Positions 47,711 to 54,496 of a stretch of DNA of 64,000 nt are shown piece by piece; the first letter of the stretch is position 1, and each line of letters begins with the position of its first letter. The stretch covers positions 33,645 through 97,644 of the forward strand of contig JAGBTM010000008.1 of NCBI GenBank assembly GCA_017631325.1. Reading direction: 5' to 3'. A program made the translations under genes and the position numbers. Source of the DNA: Clostridia bacterium (GTDB lineage Bacteria > Bacillota > Clostridia > Oscillospirales > CAG-272). A model generated the notes under the pieces. That model was not told the DNA's origin, did not search any database, and saw only the letters and a program-made list of their open reading frames with translations.

Positions 47711-47949
47711 TGAACATAATTAAAATCGTCAGCAAAAGTCCCTCTTTGACGTTTGAAAATTTTTATTTTAAAATGCCTCTGAGATATTTAAAAAAATATC
47801 AAAAAGTCACCGCCCTAATTCTTAAAAACGAGAGCTCGCGCCCTAGGAGAATAAGTCTTTTTATAAAATACCAATTCCCATTTTTTTAACACCGACTAAT
47901 AACACTTTGGAACCTAGTGGAAGCAAGGAAAGAAACTCCTCCCACGGAG

Positions 47950-48212
47950 TTTTCCACACGTCAATAAACAGAAACGCGAAATTACACTTTTCCGTTCTGC
48001 AACTTTTCCCGAATATATTCAAAGTGTAAAATTCCGTTTTCCGTCTTTTTCGAATTTTGACGGTGTTTTATTCATTTTCACTGTCATTTTAGTTATATTT
48101 TTCACCTTTGGGGCATCAAATAACGGAATAGTATACTTTTGGGGCTTTGGGTTATCCACACCCTATTTGGAGTTTTTCACACCTATTAACATTTTTCTTT
48201 AAGTTTTCCACC
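47950..48212 (+). promoter_or_regulatory. Cluster of same-orientation DnaA-box-like 9-mers
   Basis: TTTTCCACA (47950, 1 mismatch), TTATCCACA (48152, perfect), TTTTTCACA (48173, 2 mismatches) and TTTTCCACC (48204, 2 mismatches). An outlier TTTTTCACA lies at 47538. All are on the plus strand. Confidence 0.35.
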
Positions 48213-48409
48213 TTTTATAACACCGTTTGAGGACTGTAACGGAATTGTGTAATTTTGTGTTTTTGCTGAATTTTCGTCCTTAATTCCCCGCCCGTTTGGT
48301 TTTATGTTTTTGACTTTTTCGTCGCTTCATACGTAATTTTTTGGGTTGCGAAAAGATAAAAACGGACGATTTTAAAAAGCGAAAATTACGCTTTCAAAAA
48401 GCGCAACAC

Positions 48410-48820
48410 CTATCCTTAAGTAGTGAAAATCCCACGGCTTTAAGCGTCAAATTTAAACGTACAATAATGCAAAAATCCTTTCCAAACAAGCTCTAAAATC
48501 ACCTTAATTGAAACGCTAAAATCAACAGTTAAAAAGCGCTGAAATATGAGGTCAAAAAAGCTCAAAAAAATCTGTCTTAAAATGCAAAAGGTAACAAACC
48601 TAAAACGCTAAAATCGAATGAGTAAAGTGCTGAAATTATCCGTTTTAAAAAAGCCTGAAATCAACTATCGAAAGCTATAAAATCATTGCAAAGAAAATTT
48701 CGAATCGGCTACTCAAAAACGCTAAAATCTGCCGTAGAAAATACTAAAAATCCGCCGTACGAAAGTCGTGTAAATTTCCAGCATGAGCCTTGACCAAATC
48801 GGCTCTTGCGTTTTAATCTC
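48410..48820. repeat. Array of about 18 degenerate units with a period near 23 bp, each carrying two A-tracts
   Basis: The unit is roughly N7-8 AAA(A)nGCTnAAAATC. The exact core CGCTAAAATC ends at 48523, 48615 and 48729. Successive unit ends are 48431, 48453, 48476, 48500, 48523, 48545, 48572, 48615, 48636, 48662, 48684, 48706, 48729, 48752, 48775, 48800 and 48818. Confidence 0.75.
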
Positions 48821-48839
48821 CGGTTTTATTCTCTAACGC

Positions 48840-48880
48840 AACAAAAAGCAGAAGCAGGGCTGCTCTACCCTCCTTCTGCT
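48840..48880 (-). terminator. Intrinsic terminator of the MreB-like/small-peptide operon
   Basis: On the minus strand, AGCAGAAG...CTTCTGCT (arms at 48873-48880 and 48847-48854) is followed by TTTTTGT. Confidence 0.7.
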
Positions 48881-48910
48881 TTGCTCTTATATCTTGGTTG
48901 TACCTTAATT

Positions 48911-49015
48911 TTATGCAGAAACTATGTACATAACCGATATGATTACGGCGCTAAAAATCATGAGCCCCGCAAGTACACCTGCCAAAATCTGTGCCATTAA
49001 CTTCTTGTTTTTCAT
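48911..49015 (-). CDS. Candidate 34-aa single-TM peptide
   Basis: My translation is MKNKKLMAQILAGVLAGLMIFSAVIISVMYIVSA. GGAG lies about 7-8 nt upstream of the ATG at 49015. It starts 19 nt after the MreB-like stop and is followed by a terminator. It falls below the ORF-track size cutoff. Confidence 0.45.
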   Translation of the reverse strand: MKNKKLMAQILAGVLAGLMIFSAVIISVMYIVSA

Positions 49016-49034
49016 TTCTTTTCTCCGCTTTAAT

Positions 49035-50072
49035 TTAATTATTACTTCCCTGCTTTTTATCCTGGTAATACTTCGGGACGAAATTAGTTATATTCTTGTT
49101 TGCCGACCTGCCCTTTACGGGAATGAAGCTGTTGATACGCGACAGTCCCTTGGCAACACTGTCGAGGGGGTCCTCAGGCTGTGTAACAGGAATGCCTAGC
49201 ACCTTGCTCATCATCTTGTCGAGACCGTAAATTATAGAACCTCCGCCTGTGAGTATTATGCCGTTGTTGAAGGTCTGCTCGATATGGTCGAGAGGTATTC
49301 TCTTAACCACCTCTGCAATAGCCATAAACAGTCTGTGCAGCGGCTTCTCGAACACGCCGACTATATCCTCGGTGGTTACGTTCATTCGCACCTTGTTGCC
49401 TGTCAGAGAGAGAGTTCCCTCTATCTCGACGCTCTCGCTGGGCTTACCGCTCCAAACCGAGCCGAGTTTCTCCTTGATTGCTCTGGCAACCGACAGCGAT
49501 ACGTTTACGTCACCCTGTTCAAATATATATTGCTTGACAGCCTTGTCAAAATCCTCGCCTCCTATACTCTCTCGCGAGGTCTGAGTTATAACACCCTCGT
49601 TCAGCACCGCTATTTCGGTGGAAGCGGCTCCGACGTTGACTGATATAACACTCATAAGCGGTGAATACCCTGCTCCGATAAGCGCTGCAAGCGCTCTATT
49701 CACCGAATAGCAGTCGGTTACTCCCGCATTGTTGAGCATATCGAACAAAACTCGCTCCTGCTTTGGAAGAAAATCCGACGGTACACCAAGCACGCATCTT
49801 ATTCTGTCCGCGGGAAGAAGCGGATTTATTGCGCTTGTGATGATGCTCTGGGTTATCTTGTGGTCAAAGAGCAAGCCGTTCTTGAACGGACGCACAAGCA
49901 TAGCCTCCTCGGACTGAGAAGCATCAGGGCTCATCGCGGCATCGCCTACGGAAATGATGCGGCGCGTATTCTTATTTATCAAGGCAACCGAGGGCTCACG
50001 ATATATACCCGTGGTAACATCGCTGAGCGTGATATTGGCGTAACCGAGGTCGAGGCCTATCTTGCTAACCAT
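49035..50072 (-). CDS. MreB/Mbl-family actin-like protein (divergent)
   Basis: The 345-aa product has actin-fold phosphate and adenosine motifs (IGLDLGYANI, SVNVGAASTEIAV, LTGGGSIIYGLD) and is collinear with MreB. Confidence 0.82.
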   Translation of the reverse strand: MVSKIGLDLGYANITLSDVTTGIYREPSVALINKNTRRIISVGDAAMSPDASQSEEAMLVRPFKNGLLFDHKITQSIITSAINPLLPADRIRCVLGVPSDFLPKQERVLFDMLNNAGVTDCYSVNRALAALIGAGYSPLMSVISVNVGAASTEIAVLNEGVITQTSRESIGGEDFDKAVKQYIFEQGDVNVSLSVARAIKEKLGSVWSGKPSESVEIEGTLSLTGNKVRMNVTTEDIVGVFEKPLHRLFMAIAEVVKRIPLDHIEQTFNNGIILTGGGSIIYGLDKMMSKVLGIPVTQPEDPLDSVAKGLSRINSFIPVKGRSANKNITNFVPKYYQDKKQGSNN

Positions 50073-50199
50073 GCCGTCATCCTTTCCTTGTTTTTGAGAA
50101 AATTTCTATAAAAGTGGGGAGTGCTAGCTCCAAAACACAAATATACAGTATAATTATACAATATCCCCGTTTAAATTGCAAGTGGATTTAAAAATATTT

Positions 50200-52395
50200 T
50201 TAGTAATAACACTCTATTTTGGTTTTAAGCGTCGTATATCTCATTACTTCTCTGTTATTCGACACCATTCTCGGCACTACGTCGGCACGTCCTACGAGTA
50301 TAACCATGCTTTTTGCTCTCGTAACGGCTGTGTACAGAAGATTTCTCGTCATAAGCATAGGCGCGCAATGATACATAGGCACTATTATAACGGGATACTC
50401 GCTTCCCTGGCTCTTGTGAATAGTAATTGCGTATGCAAGCTCCAAATCCTCAAGCATATCGAAAGAATACTCAGCAAGCCTGTCCTCGAAGAGAATTGAC
50501 ATTTTCTCTTCCTTGGGGTCAACCTTTATTATCTCACCTATATCACCGTTAAAAAGTCCAACGCCTACGACACCGTTCTTCTCCCACTCTATATCGTAGT
50601 TGTTGACGACCTGCATAACCTTATCTCCCTCGCGAAAGATTACGCCGTGCGCGCTCTTTTCACGCTTAAATTTTCCGGGGGGATTAATTTTTTGTTGCAG
50701 AGTATTATTTAAATTTTCCACACCGCCGGCACCTTTTCTAGACGGGGTTATAACCTGTATGCGCTCCTTTATGCCCTTGCCGTAGGTTTTGGGTAGACGC
50801 TCGGTAATAAGCGAGGCTACCGTTTCTGCTATATCGCCCTCGTAATCGCGTCTGACGAAGAAGAAATCGTTGTCGGTCGCTCCAAGTATCGGGCTCTCTC
50901 CCTCGTTAATTCTGTGGGCGTTCGTTATTATGAGGCTCTCCTTTGACTGTCGGAAAATCTCTGTAAGTCTTATCGTTTTTATTCTGCCCGAGGCTATCAG
51001 GTCAGAAAGTATATTTCCAGCACCAACGCTTGGAAGCTGGTCAGCGTCACCTATTATTACAAGTCTAGCGCCGCGTTTTATTGCCCTTAGAAGATTTGCC
51101 GTAAGCGAAAGGTCGAGCATCGACGCCTCGTCTACTATAACTGCATTCTCGGTGATGGGATTTTTCTCGTTTCTTCCAAACGTAATATCCCCCTCCTTAG
51201 TGCGCTCCATCTCAAGCATACGGTGAACGGTCTTTGCCTCCTCGGAGGTGGCCTCACTCATTCTCTTGGCGGCTCTGCCTGTCGGGGCGGCTAAAACAGT
51301 CTTAAGTCCTATGCTGTTGAAGATAGACAGCATGGCCTTGACAACCGTGGTTTTGCCCGTACCGGGACCACCGGTTATTATTATAACTCCGCACTCAAGA
51401 GAGGAAAAAAGAGCCTCGCGCTGAAGAGGAGCGAAATCAATTCCAAGATTACATTCAACCTTTTCTATCAGTCTGGATATATCTTGGGCTCTGAAATCAC
51501 CCGCCTCACGTGCTATTCTGTATAAATGGCGCGCAACTGCGTCCTCGTCCTCTGCTACCTCAGATGTCATAACGTACTCAGCGTTATCAATTTTTTGAGA
51601 GGCGAGAGCACCGTCGTCAAGAAACTCGCAAAGAGCTGTAAAAAGCGTGTTTTCGTCTATCTCGAGTATTTCTGCCGTGGCCGATACCAGCTTGTCAGAC
51701 GGAAGACAGGTATGCCCGTTCATCGTGCCGTTGTAGCTCAGTATGTATTTAAAACCGCTTAAAATTCTGCTCGGTGCGTGCATATCAAACCCGAGTGATT
51801 TAGCCATAGCGTCGGCCTTTTCAAAGGGAATGCCATACTCACTCTCGCAGAGTATATACGGGTTATCGCGTATTATACCGACAGCACTCGCACCAAGTCT
51901 TTTATACACCTTGGTGACCTCGCCGGTACCCATAAAGTCCTTACAGAACATCATTACACCGCGAATGCCCGATTGCTCACGGAAGGACTCAGAAATAGCG
52001 GCCGCTTTCTTATAGGTAATTCCCGGAATGTCAGAAAGCCACTCGGGGTGATTTTCAATTACGTCAAAGGTGTCCGTGCCGAATCTGTTTACGATTTTGA
52101 GCGCGGTAACGGGGCCCACGCCCTTGACGGTACGCGAGGAAAGATAGTGCAATATTCCCTCCGTCTCCTCGGGCAAATGCTTCTCAAAGGCGTCAAAGGC
52201 AAACTGCTTACCGAACTCCTTGTGATACGTCCAGCGTCCCTTTAATTCAACGACCTCACCCTCAAACGCCATAGGCATAATGCCGACGGCCGTTATAAGA
52301 TTATCGTCGCTGTCGGAAATCTCTATCACGGCATAATCGTTTGATTCATTATGATATACCACGTTCTGTATAGCTCCCGATAACGTATCTAACAT
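50200..52395 (-). CDS. recD2: RecD2-type SF1 ATP-dependent DNA helicase
   Basis: I place the start at the ATG at 52395 (MLDTLSGAI), preceded by AAGGGGGA. The product has an HhH region, Walker A GGPGTGKTT, and the motifs VDEASML, GDADQLPSVG and TIHKSQGSE. Confidence 0.92.
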   Translation of the reverse strand: MLDTLSGAIQNVVYHNESNDYAVIEISDSDDNLITAVGIMPMAFEGEVVELKGRWTYHKEFGKQFAFDAFEKHLPEETEGILHYLSSRTVKGVGPVTALKIVNRFGTDTFDVIENHPEWLSDIPGITYKKAAAISESFREQSGIRGVMMFCKDFMGTGEVTKVYKRLGASAVGIIRDNPYILCESEYGIPFEKADAMAKSLGFDMHAPSRILSGFKYILSYNGTMNGHTCLPSDKLVSATAEILEIDENTLFTALCEFLDDGALASQKIDNAEYVMTSEVAEDEDAVARHLYRIAREAGDFRAQDISRLIEKVECNLGIDFAPLQREALFSSLECGVIIITGGPGTGKTTVVKAMLSIFNSIGLKTVLAAPTGRAAKRMSEATSEEAKTVHRMLEMERTKEGDITFGRNEKNPITENAVIVDEASMLDLSLTANLLRAIKRGARLVIIGDADQLPSVGAGNILSDLIASGRIKTIRLTEIFRQSKESLIITNAHRINEGESPILGATDNDFFFVRRDYEGDIAETVASLITERLPKTYGKGIKERIQVITPSRKGAGGVENLNNTLQQKINPPGKFKREKSAHGVIFREGDKVMQVVNNYDIEWEKNGVVGVGLFNGDIGEIIKVDPKEEKMSILFEDRLAEYSFDMLEDLELAYAITIHKSQGSEYPVIIVPMYHCAPMLMTRNLLYTAVTRAKSMVILVGRADVVPRMVSNNREVMRYTTLKTKIECYY

Positions 52396-52596
52396 TTGAG
52401 TCCCCCTTTCCAAAGCGCATAGCAAAAATAAATCGTTCTTAAATCACGCAATAAGCCCTATTATGTTATAATTTAAGCGTTGATTAAGTTATACTTCGGC
52501 GCTGATTACATCATACAAATATTATAACAAAATATTAAATGTTTTTCAATAGCAAATATGTATCTTGCCACCTTTTCAAGTTGTTTTTTGGATATA

Positions 52597-52631
52597 AAAA
52601 CGAAAAACGGACTTTTCGTCCGCTTTCGTTT
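52597..52631 (-). terminator. Intrinsic terminator after metK
   Basis: On the minus strand, AAACGAAAGCGGAC-gaaaa-GTCCGTTTTTCGTTT is followed by a T-rich tail. The stem contains one bulge. Confidence 0.6.
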
Positions 52632-52672
52632 AAGATTTGACGTATTATAGGGTATCTAAAAATTCAAGGACA

Positions 52673-53854
52673 TTATTTACAAAGCTCTGAAAGTTCGTCT
52701 GCGATATCGCAGATTTCCCACTTCACGCCGAGCTCCTCTCTACCCATGTGGCCGTAGGCAGAAAGGTTCTTGTAGATAGGCTTTCTGAGGTCGAATTTCT
52801 TGATAATTGCAGCGGGACGAAGGTCAACGAGCTTCTCTACTGCCGACGAAATTTTTTCCTCGCTTACAGTCGAAGTGCCAAAGGTATCAATCATAACCGA
52901 TACGGGCTTTGCAATACCGATAGCGTAGGCTATCTGAACCTCACACTTAGATGCAAGACCGGCCTTGACGATATTCTTGGCCACGTATCTTGCAGCGTAT
53001 GATGCACTACGGTCAACCTTGGTCGGATCCTTGCCAGAGAATGCTCCGCCACCGTGACGCGAATAACCGCCGTATGTATCCACGATTATCTTTCTTCCTG
53101 TAAGACCTGTATCGCCCTGAGGTCCACCGATAACAAATCTGCCTGTGGGGTTTACGTAAATATTCACCTTGCCGTCCATAAGAGCCTTAGGAACGATAGG
53201 CAGTATAACCTGCTCTATAATATCCTTACGGATAGTAGCGTTGTCTATCTCGGGGCTGTGCTGAGAGGAAACGACGATGGTATCTATGCGACTGGGCTTG
53301 CCGTCAACGTACTCAACGGTAACCTGAGTTTTTCCATCGGGACGAAGATACGAGAGCTTACCACATTTTCTCACCTCGGTAAGACGCTTTGCAAGCTTGT
53401 GAGAGAGCGAAATAGGAAGAGGCATAAGCTCGGGAGTCTCGTCGCACGCATAACCGAACATCAAGCCCTGGTCGCCGGCACCCGTGTCAAGCTCGTCCGA
53501 AAGCTCGCCCTCCTTTGCTTCAAGGCACTTGTCCACACCGAGAGCTATATCCTCGCTCTGCTCGTGTATGGAGCTGATTACAGCGCAGGTTCTGGCGTCA
53601 AAACCGTACTTTGCTCTGTCGTAGCCTATGTCTGCAACGGTATCGCGCACTATCTTCTGTACGTCGAATTTTGCGCTGGTTGTAATCTCGCCCATAACGG
53701 TAATTATACCCGTTGTAGCAAAGGTCTCACATGCGACTCTTGCTGCGGGGTCCTGAGCTATTATTTCGTCGAGTATCGCATCGGAAATTCTGTCGCAGAT
53801 TTTATCGGGGTGTCCCTCGGTAACCGACTCTGATGTAAAGAGAATTTTTTTCAT
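52673..53854 (-). CDS. metK: S-adenosylmethionine synthetase
   Basis: The 393-aa product has [23 protein letters not shown] and [16 protein letters not shown]. Confidence 0.98.
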   Translation of the reverse strand: MKKILFTSESVTEGHPDKICDRISDAILDEIIAQDPAARVACETFATTGIITVMGEITTSAKFDVQKIVRDTVADIGYDRAKYGFDARTCAVISSIHEQSEDIALGVDKCLEAKEGELSDELDTGAGDQGLMFGYACDETPELMPLPISLSHKLAKRLTEVRKCGKLSYLRPDGKTQVTVEYVDGKPSRIDTIVVSSQHSPEIDNATIRKDIIEQVILPIVPKALMDGKVNIYVNPTGRFVIGGPQGDTGLTGRKIIVDTYGGYSRHGGGAFSGKDPTKVDRSASYAARYVAKNIVKAGLASKCEVQIAYAIGIAKPVSVMIDTFGTSTVSEEKISSAVEKLVDLRPAAIIKKFDLRKPIYKNLSAYGHMGREELGVKWEICDIADELSELCK

Positions 53855-53869
53855 TTTTAATCCTTTCTT

Positions 53870-54000
53870 AAAAACAAAAGCGCTCGGAAGGCCTTAACTT
53901 CCCGAACGCACAAAACTCATCTATCGGGAATTGGCACCTTATATAAATACAGGTTGCCGGGCTTCACAGGGCCTGTCCCTCCGCCACTCTTGATAAGCAA
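53870..54000 (-). promoter_or_regulatory. SAM-I (S-box) riboswitch with expression-platform terminator, controlling metK
   Basis: The minus strand reads CTTATCAAGAGTGGCGGAGGGACAGGCCCTGTGAAGCCCGGCAACC...GGTGCCAATTCC, matching the S-box consensus as I remember it. It is followed by the terminator GCGTTCGGGAAG-ttaaggc-CTTCCGAGCGC-TTTTGTTTTT. Confidence 0.9.
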
Positions 54001-54019
54001 TATTTAACTTTGCTAGAGT

Positions 54020-54048
54020 ATTATAACACATTTTTTTACAAAATGCAA
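54020..54048 (-). promoter_or_regulatory. metK promoter
   Basis: On the minus strand: TTGCAT (54048-54043), a 17-nt spacer, then TATAAT (54025-54020) with TGt extended -10. It lies about 20 nt upstream of the riboswitch. Confidence 0.6.
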
Positions 54049-54115
54049 TAGTTTTTTAAAATATATTGATATATGTATTTCCTTAATATATTTTAAGATA
54101 TTTTTGCCTGAAGGG

Positions 54116-54144
54116 TTGATTTTCTCGAAAATTTTTGATATACT
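54116..54144 (+). promoter_or_regulatory. Orphan near-consensus promoter, divergent from metK
   Basis: TTGATT (54116-54121), a 17-nt spacer, then TATACT (54139-54144) with TGa extended -10. Confidence 0.5.
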
Positions 54145-54150
54145 AATAGT

Positions 54151-54263
54151 GAACGAGGGAGAGTATTGTTGGGCAACGCCATTCGTGGCGACCTCTTGCT
54201 TTACGATCTCGTTCTTTTTTATACTCTCTAGTGCTATTGCAACATAGAGAGTATTTTCTTTGG
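54151..54263 (+). ncRNA. Candidate small structured transcript or leader with two terminator-like hairpins
   Basis: Hairpin 1: GAACGAG (54151-54157) pairs with CTCGTTC (54208-54214), followed by TTTTTT. Hairpin 2: ATACTCTCTA (54221-54230) pairs with TAGAGAGTAT (54245-54254), followed by TTTCTTT. An alternative pairing joins GAGAGTAT (54159-54166) to ATACTCTC (54221-54228). A 21-codon TTG-start ORF is also possible (54166-54231, MLGNAIRGDLLLYDLVLFYTL). Confidence 0.3.
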
Positions 54264-54330
54264 TACAATATAAGCATAGCTGACTATACTGTTTTGCTCA
54301 GTATAGGGCTACGCTTATATTGTACCAAAG
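54258..54330. repeat. 73-nt near-perfect hairpin / inverted repeat
   Basis: The 23-bp arms CTTTGGTACAATATAAGCATAGC (54258-54280) and GCTACGCTTATATTGTACCAAAG (54308-54330) have one mismatch. An inner 8-bp stem pairs CTATACTG with CAGTATAG around a 7-nt loop. Confidence 0.85.
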
Positions 54331-54496
54331 AATAGCTAACGTGCATATTCCCTTGATTTATGTTCGTTAGCGCCTCATTTTCTGCCGTTTCGGGCGTTTT
54401 ATTATCCTCTGCGGCTGTTTGCTCGTGCCTTTCCTTTTCGGCTACCTTGACGTCGGAGTATGCTATCGCAGACTCGTTTGCGGAGCGCAGTGCCTT
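54325..54496. repeat. 172-bp direct repeat, copy B
   Basis: It aligns without gaps to 55302-55473. I counted about 17 mismatches by eye, or roughly 90 percent identity. Confidence 0.85.

Noticed and set aside
48690-48712. A tRNA-like T-loop word (TTCGAATC) in the repeat array.
   Set aside because: There is no acceptor, D or anticodon stem complementarity around it. It is one degenerate unit of the roughly 23-bp array.
48410-48820. Possible CRISPR array, suggested by regularly spaced short repeats.
   Set aside because: The repeat cores are only about 10-14 nt and degenerate. The would-be spacers are 7-9 nt. The period of about 23 bp is far below CRISPR repeat-plus-spacer length, and there are no cas genes in the window.
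47488-48839. Calling the island the chromosomal replication origin (oriC).
   Set aside because: This is not supportable from the window. The flanking genes converge on the region, whereas origins normally show divergent orientation. No dnaA, dnaN or rpmH gene is adjacent. Only one box is perfect and I saw no clear DnaA-trio or GC-cluster element. I kept it only as a DnaA-box-cluster hypothesis, to be tested with whole-genome GC skew.
53054-53833. A 259-aa plus-strand ORF. There are many similar antisense or alternate-frame ORFs, for example 17631-19897 in dnaE, 46167-47007 in ftsZ, 9230-9874 across dagK/comEC, and 32568-33122 in rpe.
   Set aside because: Each is fully contained in a strongly supported conserved gene on the other strand or frame (metK here). 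They have skewed low-complexity composition and no SD. I treat them all as shadow ORFs.
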